NCBI GenBank assembly: GCA_036745475.1
Contig: DAIOFZ010000001.1
Span: 1,211 to 65,210, forward strand
Reading direction: 5' to 3'
From: Actinomycetota bacterium
GTDB taxonomy: Bacteria; Actinomycetota; UBA4738; HRBIN12
DNA length: 64,000 nucleotides
Positions 36,256 through 45,817 of the stretch are shown here, piece after piece; within the stretch, counting starts at the first letter, position 1; every line of letters starts with the position of its first letter. Made by a program: the position numbers and the translations under genes. Under the pieces are notes generated by a model, which was not told the DNA's origin, searched no databases, and saw only the letters and a list, made by a program, of their open reading frames with translations.

Positions 36256-38538
36256 CTACACCAGGACCGCGATGCTCCGTCGGCGTCCCACCTTCTGCAC
36301 GGAGATCGTCGCGGGGAACTGATCCTTGACCTGCTCGGCGTGCGTGACCACGAACAGCTGGTGGAACCGCGACGAGAGCCGGGCGAGTGCCTGCACCATC
36401 AGATCCTTCCGCTCCTCGTCCAGCGAGGCGAGCACCTCGTCCAGGACCATCATCCCGACGTCTGCCCCCGACAGGCGTGACAGCTGCGTCGAGATCGCCA
36501 CCCGGAGCGCGAGGTTCGCGAGATCGGTCTCCGAACCGGAGAAGCGATCGATCGCGAAGTACGAGTCCCCGTCGGCGATCTGGATCGTGAGCTTCTCCTC
36601 GTCGACCTTGAGGTCGTCGTACTCGTGGTTCGTGAGCTCGCGGAACAGCGCCTCCGCCTCGCGGGAGAGCTCGGGCCCGATGCGCGCCACCAGATGGTTG
36701 CGGAACCCCTCGAGCAACAGCGCCACCCGCTCGACGTACCGCGCGTCCGAACGCAGCTCGTCGACCCTGGCCTGCGTCTCCTTGGCCTGACGCAACGCGG
36801 CGACGAGGCCGGCCTCCGCCTTCTCGGCGTCCTTCAGGGCGTCGCTCGCCCCGCGTTCGGTCTCCCGCGCCTGATCGAGCGCGGCGATCGCTTCCTCGAG
36901 CTCGTCGTGCAGGCGCTCGTGCGCGATTTCGTCGAACGCAAGCCCCTCGGCCTCCTCCGCCAGCTCGGCGAGCTCGCGGTCGAGGAGTTCTTTCCGCCGC
37001 CGCGCGGCGTCCAGGTCGCGTTCGGCCTGCGCGAGGTGCTGCCGTTCGGTCCGGAGCTCCGCCGCGCGGGTGCCGAGGGTTCGCGCGCGTTCGGCGCTCG
37101 CCCGAAGCTCGTCGAGCTCGGGGACGGCCCCGCCGAAGGGCTCCGACAGCGTGGCCACCTCGGCCGAGAGCGATCCGATCCGCTCGGCGAGCTGCGACCG
37201 GTGCGCGTCCTCTTCTCGCGAGCGCTCTCCCGCCTCGTTCGCGGCGACCTGGCCCTTCTCCGCCCGTGCTCGCTCGGCGAGCGCCTTCTTGACCGCCGCC
37301 GCGGCGGTCGCCGCGGTCCTCTTCGCGCCCGCGACCTCCGCCTTGCAGTGCTTCAGGTACGAGGCGAAGTCGTCTCCCAGCGGGCGGCCGCAGGTGGGGC
37401 AGGGCTGGGTCGGATCGGCTTCCGTCGCGCGCTCGAGCCGCTCGAGGGCCTGCTCCAGGAGCGTCGACCGATGTGCCCGTTCGGCCTCGGCACCGGCGAC
37501 GGCGGACCGAGCGCGTCCGACCGCGCCCGCCGCGGCCTCGAGCGCCGAGAGCACGGCCGCGCGGTCGGTCTGGGGGATCGCGTCCAGCCGCGCCTGTGTC
37601 CGCGCGAGCTCTTCCCCCCGTTCCATCAGGGCGGTGCCGAGCCGCAGCCGATCGTCGATCCCGGTCAGCCCCGCGAGCTCGTCGTCGATGGCGGGCAGCT
37701 CTTCGACCGCGGCGTTCATCCGCTCGACGCGCTCGACCAGCATCTCGAGCTGCTCCGCCGCGTGTTGGCTCTGTTCGGTCTTCGAGCGGAGCTCGACCGT
37801 CAGCTTCTCGATGTGTTGGCGCACGGCGTCCGACCCCGCGAACGCCTTCTTGGCCGCCTTCTCCACGGCGACCGCCTCCTTCAGATGGGCGGCCGCCGCC
37901 TTCGCGAGATGGGTGGCCTCCGTCACCACGTCCTTCGCGGCCTTCAGATCCGCCTCGAGCGCGGCGACGTCGGGAACGGCGCCCGTGAGCTGGTCCGCGC
38001 TCTCCCTGGTCGCCCTCGCCTCGCGCCGCGACGCGTTGCGGGCGTCCTCGACCGGCCGAATCCCCAGCAGACGCAATGCCATCTCCTTGCGTCTGCCCGG
38101 CGTCACGTCCGAGAAGGCGTCGAGCTGCTTCTGCTCGGCGTAGACCGAGGCGCGGAACACCTGCAGGTCCATGTGGAGCAGGCCGCGGATCTCGGCGTCG
38201 ACCTCGCTGGTGCCCGAAGCCAGGGTCACGCCCCCGCCGAACAACTCCGCCTCGGGGGCATGGCCCTTGCCCCGGATCGTCCGCCGGACCTCGTACGGCT
38301 GCCCCGCGTGCTCGAACACGAGCCGGACCTCGCAGTCGGTGAGGACGCCGTGTGTCCGGATCTCCTGCTTCTTGGTCCGGGCGGCATCGACGCCGTAGCA
38401 CGCGAACGCGATGCTCTCCATCAGCGTGGACTTTCCGGCGCCGTTGGCGCCGAAGATCCCGATCACGCGGGCGGGCAGTTCGAGGTCGACCTCCTCGAAG
38501 ACCCGGTAGTTGCGCAGGGAGAGCTCGAGCACCCTCAT
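36256..38538 (-). CDS. sbcC: SbcC/Rad50-family SMC-like ATPase (double-strand break repair)
   Basis: The N-terminal Walker A is MRVLELSLRNYRVF...GANGAGKST. A central coiled coil carries a CxxC zinc hook (PCPTCGRPL). The C-terminal signature and D-loop are SGSETDLANLALRVAI...MMVLDEVLASLD. ATG at 38538 overlaps the sbcD stop (ATGA). The track ORF to 40953 is an antisense-style extension. Confidence 0.85.
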   Translation of the reverse strand: MRVLELSLRNYRVFEEVDLELPARVIGIFGANGAGKSTLMESIAFACYGVDAARTKKQEIRTHGVLTDCEVRLVFEHAGQPYEVRRTIRGKGHAPEAELFGGGVTLASGTSEVDAEIRGLLHMDLQVFRASVYAEQKQLDAFSDVTPGRRKEMALRLLGIRPVEDARNASRREARATRESADQLTGAVPDVAALEADLKAAKDVVTEATHLAKAAAAHLKEAVAVEKAAKKAFAGSDAVRQHIEKLTVELRSKTEQSQHAAEQLEMLVERVERMNAAVEELPAIDDELAGLTGIDDRLRLGTALMERGEELARTQARLDAIPQTDRAAVLSALEAAAGAVGRARSAVAGAEAERAHRSTLLEQALERLERATEADPTQPCPTCGRPLGDDFASYLKHCKAEVAGAKRTAATAAAAVKKALAERARAEKGQVAANEAGERSREEDAHRSQLAERIGSLSAEVATLSEPFGGAVPELDELRASAERARTLGTRAAELRTERQHLAQAERDLDAARRRKELLDRELAELAEEAEGLAFDEIAHERLHDELEEAIAALDQARETERGASDALKDAEKAEAGLVAALRQAKETQARVDELRSDARYVERVALLLEGFRNHLVARIGPELSREAEALFRELTNHEYDDLKVDEEKLTIQIADGDSYFAIDRFSGSETDLANLALRVAISTQLSRLSGADVGMMVLDEVLASLDEERKDLMVQALARLSSRFHQLFVVTHAEQVKDQFPATISVQKVGRRRSIAVLV

Positions 38539-39665
38539 GCGCTCTCGCCGCGCGCGTCCTCGAGGAACCTCGCGCCGAGGGAGACGACGCGCTCGCGTTC
38601 GAGTCCGGCGAGATCCTGGAGCTCGACGTAGGAGACCCACTCCTGCTCGATCGAACCGATCGTCGGGCCGCCCTGCACGGCCATCGCGTCCGCCCCGAGC
38701 TCGGGCTCGACCTGGACCCAGAGCGCGCCGGGCACCGCCTCCTGGAACTGCTCGAGCCCGACCTGCCGGTAGGACGCGGGGTCGACCTCGTTCAGGTACA
38801 CGCGGACGACGGCGCCGTCGGGCGTCCCCTTCGCGGCGCGTTCCACGGCGTCGACCAGCTCGCCCGCCGAGAGGCTTGCCGCCGCGACGGAGACCGTCGC
38901 GAGCGGGCGCTCGTGCGGGTTCTCGATGTGGTCGACAGCCCCCGAGTTCGTGTCGATCACGACGAGGCCCTTCGAGGTCCCCGGCGAGTCGGCGAACGAG
39001 AAGGTGTCGGTCGAGCCCGCGTACCAGGTGCGCCTGGAGATCTTCTGCACCGCGTGGTAGTGGCCGAGGACCACGAGGTCGAACGCTCGGTCGAACGCCG
39101 ACTCCTCGACCTCGAGCTCGTTGATGTCGCGGTACGCACGAGAGGGAAGCGACGTGAGGGCCACGTGGGCGATCAGCAGGTTCGTCGTGTCCGCCCGGAC
39201 CGCGCCCGAGGCCACCTTCAACTGTTCGCGCAGGTCGTCGACCGCGAGCGTCTGCGGAACCGCGTGGACGGCGACCCCCGCGACGTCGGCGCGGACCGCC
39301 TCCATCCGCCACGCGAACGCGACGCCGGGGAAGACCCGTTCGAGCGCGTCGTAGGGCGAGCCCGTCCCGCGGATCCGCGGGGTGTCGTGGTTGCCGCTGA
39401 TCGCTACCCCGCGCAGGCCGGCGTCGTCGAGCCGCTGCAGGCCGGCCAGGACCTGCGCGAACGTCCGATAGGAGGGGCGAGCGTGGTCGAAGATGTCGCC
39501 GAGCCACAGGAATCCGTCGGGCTTCTGGCGGATCGTCTCGTCGACCCCCCACGTGAACGAGCGGAGGAAGTCCTCCTCCCGGACGTTGCGGCCACGGTCG
39601 TCCCGCAGGTGCGCGAGATGCGAACGCCCGAGGTGCGCGTCCCCGAGCGCGACGAGGCGCGCCAT
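38535..39665 (-). CDS. sbcD: SbcD/Mre11-family metallophosphoesterase nuclease
   Basis: The calcineurin-like phosphoesterase motifs are present (LGDAHLG, WLGDIFDH, ISGNHD, VLGHYH). Its start abuts the herA stop. Confidence 0.85.
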   Translation of the reverse strand: MARLVALGDAHLGRSHLAHLRDDRGRNVREEDFLRSFTWGVDETIRQKPDGFLWLGDIFDHARPSYRTFAQVLAGLQRLDDAGLRGVAISGNHDTPRIRGTGSPYDALERVFPGVAFAWRMEAVRADVAGVAVHAVPQTLAVDDLREQLKVASGAVRADTTNLLIAHVALTSLPSRAYRDINELEVEESAFDRAFDLVVLGHYHAVQKISRRTWYAGSTDTFSFADSPGTSKGLVVIDTNSGAVDHIENPHERPLATVSVAAASLSAGELVDAVERAAKGTPDGAVVRVYLNEVDPASYRQVGLEQFQEAVPGALWVQVEPELGADAMAVQGGPTIGSIEQEWVSYVELQDLAGLERERVVSLGARFLEDARGESA

Positions 39666-41294
39666 CTACTCGGTGAACCCCTTCGAGGCGTCCGGGGGCC
39701 GGGGCGGGAGCGGTGACGGCCCGGCGACCGACTTCAGGTAGTCCTCGTACAGGTAGATCTGCGCGGGCAGCGCGAAGGGCGCTTCGAGGTTGGTCACGAT
39801 CGCCTCGCCCGGCATCAGCGTTTGGATCTCGGGCCCGAGGTCGGAGATGTCCTGCTTGGAGCTGCCGCGCAGGATGTTCCGGTCCTTCTCGTCGGCGAGG
39901 CCGAGGATGAAGAACGTGTTGAACTGCGAGAGCAGCTCGTCGTCGATCAGCTTCGGCTGCTGAGAAACGGCGCACAGGCCGACCTTGAACTTCCGTCCCT
40001 CCCGGGCGAGCCGCGGGAACACGTTCTCGTCGGAGCGGGCGACTCGCGACAGCACGCGCTGTGCCTCCTCGAGACCGATCAGCGTCGGCGGCAGCGCCGC
40101 GAACCGGTCTCGATCCTCGAGGAACAGGTTCGCGTACGCATCGAGCACGGTCCGCGTGATCACCGACGCGACGAGGATCTCCTCCATCGACGAGAGCCCG
40201 CTGGTGTCGACGAGCACGCCGAACCCGTCCATCAGCTCGTCGACGATGCGCGCCGACAGCGAGGGCTGCGACGCGTCGCGCGAGATGCACGGCATATCGA
40301 GGATCCGTTGCGCGCGCCGCTGGATCACCTGCATCGTGCTGGTCGCGACGCCGAGGTCCTCGGCGAGCGACGCGACGTCCTGCTCCTCGCCCACCCTGAC
40401 GATCCACTCCTCGTGGAAGTACCGGATCAGCCGGTAGATCGCGTCCTCCTGGGCGTGGCTCCACACGTACGCGGTCTGCAGGTCCCCCTGGGTGAGCTCG
40501 GCGAGCGAGAGCCGGAGCGAGGTCGCGCCCGCCCCCGCGGCACGCGTCGCGTAGACCTTCAGCCGATCCAGCGCCCACGGGTGTGAGCGCAGCCCCTTGC
40601 GCGTCCCGCTCCCGCCCTCGAGGTACTCGCCGTGCGGATCGAACAGCAGGCAGGCGTACCGACCCTGGGACGCGAGGATCTGCCCGGCGAGCACCTTCAT
40701 CAGGTTCGACTTGCCCATACCCGTGGTGGCGAAGACGCCGACGTGCGACGTGAGCGTGTCGCCCTGGACCCCGATCTCGAGGTCGATCGTGTCCTCGCCG
40801 GAGCGGAGCAGGCCGACCCGAACGTCGCCCATGCGCTCGCGCAGGAAGTCGAAGTCCTCGACGGTCGGCGCCGTCACCCTCGCGAACTGCGCCGGGAGCG
40901 ACTTCGGCTTGCGGAACGCGCCCGCCGCGTCGATGTACCCGAGCGGCTGGCACGTCGCGACCTTGTACAGCCGCTGTTCGGGGTCTCGAAGCGTGTACTC
41001 GGTCCCGGCGACGTCGCCCGACATGTACGAGCCCGCGGTGCGTTCGGACCAGGAGGGATCAGAGGAGTCCGAGCCGTAGGTCACCTGGATCACCCGGAAC
41101 AGGAACCGGCGGCCGCGCTCGGGATCCTCGGCCGCCAGCAGCTCGCCGAGGAACAGGTCCGTCCCGTAGAAGGAGCGGAACGTGGACTCGAGGACGTTCC
41201 TCCCGAAGATCCGGCCCTTGTAGCCCCCCGTAGACCGGGGGCTACCGCTCGCGCGTTCGCGCTCGCTCCTTGAGCCCCCCGCGCCCCCCGTCAC
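39666..41294 (-). CDS. herA: HerA-like (DUF87/FtsK-HerA superfamily) hexameric DNA translocase ATPase
   Basis: The P-loop is VFATTGMGKSNLMKVL. The N-terminal barrel-like region is GRIFGRNV...FRVIQV. The C-terminus is AVSQQP...LGLADEKDRNIL. The GTG start at 41294 overlaps the nurA stop (GTGA). Upstream of it the long ORF is R/G-rich non-family sequence. Confidence 0.75.
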   Translation of the reverse strand: MTGGAGGSRSERERASGSPRSTGGYKGRIFGRNVLESTFRSFYGTDLFLGELLAAEDPERGRRFLFRVIQVTYGSDSSDPSWSERTAGSYMSGDVAGTEYTLRDPEQRLYKVATCQPLGYIDAAGAFRKPKSLPAQFARVTAPTVEDFDFLRERMGDVRVGLLRSGEDTIDLEIGVQGDTLTSHVGVFATTGMGKSNLMKVLAGQILASQGRYACLLFDPHGEYLEGGSGTRKGLRSHPWALDRLKVYATRAAGAGATSLRLSLAELTQGDLQTAYVWSHAQEDAIYRLIRYFHEEWIVRVGEEQDVASLAEDLGVATSTMQVIQRRAQRILDMPCISRDASQPSLSARIVDELMDGFGVLVDTSGLSSMEEILVASVITRTVLDAYANLFLEDRDRFAALPPTLIGLEEAQRVLSRVARSDENVFPRLAREGRKFKVGLCAVSQQPKLIDDELLSQFNTFFILGLADEKDRNILRGSSKQDISDLGPEIQTLMPGEAIVTNLEAPFALPAQIYLYEDYLKSVAGPSPLPPRPPDASKGFTE

Positions 41295-42364
41295 CGGTTC
41301 AACACCTCGTGGAAGTCCTGGAACAGCAGCTCGACATCGTCCTCGGCCATCCCGCGACGCGAGAGCGCCTCCCGGAACGCCCGCCGAACGTCCACCACGT
41401 CGTAGCCCGTGACGCGGGCGGCCTGATGCGCCCGAGCGAGCGGGTAGGGGTACCCGACGAACGCGGGGTCGTCCGCGAGCCCGGCGAGCCGGCCGAGCAC
41501 CTCGAGCGCCGGGGCCGGCCCGCGCGCCACGTCTACCCGGAACGCGTGCGCCGCGGTCGGGGCAAGGTGGGCGACGAAGATGTCGCCGACGTACAGCCGG
41601 CCGAACACCGGATCCGTCGAGATCCGCGCCGCCCACCGCGACGGCCCGACCTCCCGGTCGCCGCGGCGCTTGAGCAGCGTCACGAGCGGCGCGTTCCGGC
41701 CCCAGTACAACGTCGACGCCTTGACCACCGCCGCGAGCGACGCGCCGCGCGCCACGGCCTCCTCGTGCACGCGCCGCACGATCTGCTGCGGCACGAGCGG
41801 GCCGCCGTGCAGTGAGCCATCGACCAGCACCAGGTCCCCGGGGGCAGCCTCGCGGACCGTTCGCCCGACCGCTCCCCACTCGGCCCACTCGCGCAAGGCG
41901 TCGACGGGTCTCGGAAGGTCCGGCAGGCGCTCGGGTTCGTACCCGCAGAGCTCGGTGAGCGTGGCCCGGGCGAGCCTGGCCATCTCCTCGGGCTCGACGG
42001 CCCGAACGTCGAGCTGCGGCCGTTCGACGTCCACGGTCCGCCCGTCCTGGAACCGGACCCGGGCGGCCCGGAACGCCGCGACCTGGAACGACCGCCCGTC
42101 GGCCACCGTGCAGGACCCCCCGTCCACGGCCCAGACCGTGCCGGGTTCGGCAGGCGTGACCGGTGAGAGCTCGAACGCGTCGGGATGCCCGGGCACGACG
42201 ACCGCCTCGTCGAGGCCGAGCTGACCCTCGAGCACCCGGATCTCCGAGGCCGGCCGCTCGAGGAGGTCCACCACGAAAGAGGCGGCCGAGTCCAGGTGGT
42301 CACGCTCAACGAGGTCGAGGCTGAGCACGCGAGCCGTTCCCTCCCGTGCCTGAGCCTCCGCCAC
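41291..42364 (-). CDS. nurA: NurA-family 5'-3' nuclease
   Basis: The NurA motif I is TVWAVDGGS, and the later motif is LVLVDGSLHGG. It is the first gene of a four-gene minus-strand operon. Confidence 0.7.
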   Translation of the reverse strand: MAEAQAREGTARVLSLDLVERDHLDSAASFVVDLLERPASEIRVLEGQLGLDEAVVVPGHPDAFELSPVTPAEPGTVWAVDGGSCTVADGRSFQVAAFRAARVRFQDGRTVDVERPQLDVRAVEPEEMARLARATLTELCGYEPERLPDLPRPVDALREWAEWGAVGRTVREAAPGDLVLVDGSLHGGPLVPQQIVRRVHEEAVARGASLAAVVKASTLYWGRNAPLVTLLKRRGDREVGPSRWAARISTDPVFGRLYVGDIFVAHLAPTAAHAFRVDVARGPAPALEVLGRLAGLADDPAFVGYPYPLARAHQAARVTGYDVVDVRRAFREALSRRGMAEDDVELLFQDFHEVLNR

Positions 42365-42411
42365 GTCACGCAGGGTACCGCGGTCCTCGGACGCCCCAGG
42401 GACCCGCTCGG

Positions 42412-43572
42412 TCAGTCGAGCGCCTTCAGAAGCTCCCGGGCGATCACGACGCGCTGGATCTGGTTGGTGCCCTCGTAGATCTGGGTGATCTTCGCGTCGC
42501 GCATGAACCGCTCGACGGGGTACTCACGCATGTAGCCGTAGCCGCCGAGGACCTGCACCGCGTCGGTCGTGATCGACATCGCGGCGTCCGAGGCGAAGCA
42601 CTTCGCGACGCTGGAGAAGTAAGTCATCCGGGGATCGCTCGCGTCGCAGAGGGCGAGCGCCTTGTACACGAGCATGCGCGCGGCCTCGAGCTGCATGGCC
42701 ATGTCGGCGAGCATGAACGAGACGCCCTGGAACTCGGCGACGGGCTTGCCGAACTGGTGCCGCTCGGTCGCGTACCGGCTCGCGACGTCGAGCGCCCCCT
42801 GCGCGATGCCGAGCGCCTGCGCCGCGATCGCGGGTCTCGAGTAGTCGAGGGTCGTCATCGCGTAGCCGAACCCGCTTCCCTCCTCGCCGATCAGCCGATC
42901 GGCCGGGATCGCGGCGTCGGTCAGGATCACCTCGCGGGTCGGCGACCCGCGGATCCCCATCTTGTCCTCCTTGCGCCCGAACTCCACCCCGGGGTCGTCC
43001 CTCATCACGAGGAACGCGGAGACGCCTCTCGATCGCAGCGAGGGATCCCCGGTCGCGAAGACCACGTACGCGTGCGACACGCCGGCGCCGGTGATGAATC
43101 GCTTCGTGCCGTTCAGCACCCACCCCTCGCCGTCGCGCTCGTACCGCGTCGTCATCGCCGCGGGATCCGAACCCGCCCCGGGCTCCGTGAGCGCGTAGGA
43201 CATCAGGAGGTCGCCGCGCGCGACCCCCTGGGTCATGCGCTTGGCTTTCTCGTCGTCGCCGGCGACCACGAGCGGGATCACGCCGAGCTTGGAGACGAGC
43301 GGCGTGAGCGAGACGCCCGCCGAAACACGCGACAGCTCCTCGATGAAGACGCCGAACGCGAGCGACCCACCGCCGGAGCCGCCGTGCTCCTCCGGATAGC
43401 CGACGCCCATCAGGTCGTGCTCGACGAGGAGCTTGTAGAGATCCTCGGGCCACTCGTCGATCTCGTCGATCTCGGCCGCGCGCGGCGCGATGCGTTCGTC
43501 GGCGATCGCTCGGACGAGCGAGCGGAACTCCTCGAGCTCCTCGGGCAACTCGAAGCGCTCGAGATCGCCCAT
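42412..43572 (-). CDS. acyl-CoA dehydrogenase
   Basis: ACAD motifs are present (YALTEPGAGSDPAAM ... QVLGGYGYMREYPVERFMRDAKITQIYEGTNQIQR). The start is ATG at 43572 (MGDLERF), 1 nt after the thiolase stop. Confidence 0.85.
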   Translation of the reverse strand: MGDLERFELPEELEEFRSLVRAIADERIAPRAAEIDEIDEWPEDLYKLLVEHDLMGVGYPEEHGGSGGGSLAFGVFIEELSRVSAGVSLTPLVSKLGVIPLVVAGDDEKAKRMTQGVARGDLLMSYALTEPGAGSDPAAMTTRYERDGEGWVLNGTKRFITGAGVSHAYVVFATGDPSLRSRGVSAFLVMRDDPGVEFGRKEDKMGIRGSPTREVILTDAAIPADRLIGEEGSGFGYAMTTLDYSRPAIAAQALGIAQGALDVASRYATERHQFGKPVAEFQGVSFMLADMAMQLEAARMLVYKALALCDASDPRMTYFSSVAKCFASDAAMSITTDAVQVLGGYGYMREYPVERFMRDAKITQIYEGTNQIQRVVIARELLKALD

Positions 43573-43573
43573 G

Positions 43574-44755
43574 TCAGCGGCGCCGGAGCACGAGCGCGTC
43601 CCCCTGCCCACCCCCGCCGCAGATCGCCACTCCGCCGAGGTCGACGCCTCGGCGCCGCAGCTCGTGGGCGAGCGTGAGGACCAGGCGAGCGCCGCTCGCG
43701 CCGATCGGGTGCCCGAGCGCGACCGCGCCGCCGTTGACGTTCGCGAGCTCCTCGTCGAACCCGAGGATCCGCGTCACGTGCAGCGCGACGGCCGCGAACG
43801 CCTCGTTCACCTCGAGCAGGCCCAGGTCGTGGACGTCCAGATCGGCCTTCTTGAGGGCGTTCTGGAGCGCGATCGCCGGCACGGTGTGCAGGTAGGGGAA
43901 GCGCTCGGCGGACATGCCGTGCGCCACGATCTCGGCGAGCGGGTCCAGGCCGAGCTGCGCGGCCTTCTCGGGGCTCGTCACGACCAGCGCGGCCGCGCCG
44001 TCGCTGATCTGGGACGCGTTGCCCGCGGTGATCGTCCCGCCCTCCGCGAACGCGGGCTTCAGGGCGGCGAGCGACTCGGGGGTCGAGTCTGCGCGGATCC
44101 CCTCGTCGCGTTCGACCACGACGGGGGCTCCCGTTCGCTGCGGGACCTCGACCCGCACGACCTCCTCGGCCAGCGCGCCCGACTCCCAGCCGGCGTTCGC
44201 CCGCCGGTGCGAGCGCGCGGCCCAGGCGTCCTGCTCCTCACGACCGATGCCGAGCTCGGCGTTCACGGCGTCGGAGGAATCCCCCATGACCTTCCCCGTG
44301 AACGTCGACCAGAGCCCGTCGTGGATCATCGTGTCGACCATCTCTCCGTGTCCGAGGCGTGAACCCTCCCGGGCGCCCGGCAGCACGTAGGGCGCCTGGG
44401 ACATCGACTCCATGCCGCCGGCGACGACGAGGTCGACCTCGCCCCCGCGGATCATCTGGTCGGCGAGAGCGATGGCCGTGGTCCCGGACAGACACACCTT
44501 GTCGACGTTGAGCGCCGGGACCTCCTTGGGGATCCCGGCGGCGATCGCGGCCTGACGCGCGGTGATCTGCCCGGTGCCGGCGCGGATCACCTGCCCCATC
44601 ACGACGTAGTCCACCTGATCGGCCGCGACTTTGGAACGCGCGAGCGCCTCCCGGATCGCGATCGCGCCCAGGTCCACCGCGGACATCCCGGCGAAGGAGC
44701 CTCGGAACTTCCCGACCGGCGTTCGAGCACCCGAAACGATGACGGACGGAGCCAA
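43574..44755 (-). CDS. acetyl-CoA C-acetyltransferase (thiolase II)
   Basis: The active-site regions are VNKVCLSGTTAIALA (Cys), NVNGGAVALGHPIGASGAR and GGVAICGGGGQGDAL. Confidence 0.85.
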   Translation of the reverse strand: MAPSVIVSGARTPVGKFRGSFAGMSAVDLGAIAIREALARSKVAADQVDYVVMGQVIRAGTGQITARQAAIAAGIPKEVPALNVDKVCLSGTTAIALADQMIRGGEVDLVVAGGMESMSQAPYVLPGAREGSRLGHGEMVDTMIHDGLWSTFTGKVMGDSSDAVNAELGIGREEQDAWAARSHRRANAGWESGALAEEVVRVEVPQRTGAPVVVERDEGIRADSTPESLAALKPAFAEGGTITAGNASQISDGAAALVVTSPEKAAQLGLDPLAEIVAHGMSAERFPYLHTVPAIALQNALKKADLDVHDLGLLEVNEAFAAVALHVTRILGFDEELANVNGGAVALGHPIGASGARLVLTLAHELRRRGVDLGGVAICGGGGQGDALVLRRR

Positions 44756-44758
44756 CTC

Positions 44759-45709
44759 GTGCCTTCCGTTCGGTACGGTGGGTTCAGTCTACGCGGGCCC
44801 CTGCATCCGGGGCCGGCGAGCCCGGAGCTCCAGGAGGTTCCGACGCCACGGTTCGGTGTCTCGATCATCCCGTCGGCGTCGGGCCGCTCCGATCCCGTCG
44901 CCCAGGCACGGCCGGCCGAGGAGCTCGGGTTCGACCTCGTCTCGATCTGGGATCACCCCCACGGGGGGAACCCATCGTTCGAGACGTGGACACTGATGAC
45001 GTGGATCGCGGCCCGAACGACCAGGATCCACGTCGCGTCGAACGTCCTCGGCCTCCCGTTTCGCGTGCCGGCGCTCACGGCGAAGATGGCCGAGACGCTC
45101 GACCGGCTCTCGGACGGCCGACTGATCCTCGGTCTCGGAGGAGGAGGCAACGACGAGGAGTTCGCCGGGTTCGGCGCCCCGGTGCGAACACCGTTCGAGA
45201 AGGTGGAGGCGCTCGAGGAGGGCATGACGGTGATCCGCGGCGTCTGGGCCGGGTCGCCCTTCACGTACCACGGCCGGCACTACCGCAACGAGGAGGCGAT
45301 GCTCGAGCCCAAACCCTCCCACCGCATCCCAATCTGGCTCGGGACCTACGGGCGGAAGGCGCTCGAGCTCACCGGGCGCGTGGCCGACGGTTGGATCCCC
45401 TCGATGGGCCCGGCGCCCCCGTCCCAGGTCAAGCCGAAGATGGAGCTCGTCCGACGAGCGGCCGAGCAGGCCGGGCGCGACCCGGACTCGCTCGAGTACG
45501 CGTACAACGTGAGCGCTCGGATCGGCGCCCCGCCGACCGAAGATCCCGAACGACGGGTCACGGGCGAACCCGACGAGATCGTCGAGCGAGCACTCGAGCC
45601 CCTCGACCTGGGGTTCACGGTCCTCAACTTTTGGGTCGGCGGGCGGCGCGACGAGCAACAGGAACGGCTCGCAACGGAGGTGGTGACGCCCCTTCGCCGG
45701 CTCGGCTGA
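44759..45709 (+). CDS. LLM-class (luciferase-like) flavin/F420-dependent oxidoreductase
   Basis: The LLM pattern is present (RFGVSIIPSASG...LGFDLVSIWDHP...LILGLGGGG). The start is uncertain. A strong AGGAGG at 44831 is not followed by an in-frame canonical start, so the track start (GTG at 44759) was used. Confidence 0.7.
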   Translation: MPSVRYGGFSLRGPLHPGPASPELQEVPTPRFGVSIIPSASGRSDPVAQARPAEELGFDLVSIWDHPHGGNPSFETWTLMTWIAARTTRIHVASNVLGLPFRVPALTAKMAETLDRLSDGRLILGLGGGGNDEEFAGFGAPVRTPFEKVEALEEGMTVIRGVWAGSPFTYHGRHYRNEEAMLEPKPSHRIPIWLGTYGRKALELTGRVADGWIPSMGPAPPSQVKPKMELVRRAAEQAGRDPDSLEYAYNVSARIGAPPTEDPERRVTGEPDEIVERALEPLDLGFTVLNFWVGGRRDEQQERLATEVVTPLRRLG

Positions 45710-45817
45710 ACCTCCGGCGAGGAGGAGGCGGTCGGCCGTCCGAGAGGCGAGCCGGTTCGTCGGCGGTTCACCTCGACGTCCCGGCTCGTTCCTCGCCGGG
45801 TCATCCCGGGCCTGAGG

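Noticed and set aside
33839-38401. Very long minus-strand ORF (1520 aa) and many other long R/G/P-rich ORFs in the track (for example 1435..2748 -, 5997..8039 +, 8984..10909 N-terminal part, 48333..51260 +, 52566..54104 N-terminal part)
   Set aside because: They have low-complexity Arg/Gly/Pro/Ala-rich translations with no family motifs, and they lie antisense or out of frame to genes with clear domain signatures. They are typical shadow ORFs of about 70% GC DNA.
39666-42364. HerA-NurA pair as a standalone anti-phage defence system (HerA-associated defence modules)
   Set aside because: It is not excluded. However, tight translational coupling to sbcD/sbcC and the absence of typical defence-island neighbours (no RM, Abi or toxin genes) make a DNA-repair resection role the simpler reading. 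The point is noted inside finding 1 rather than as a separate call.
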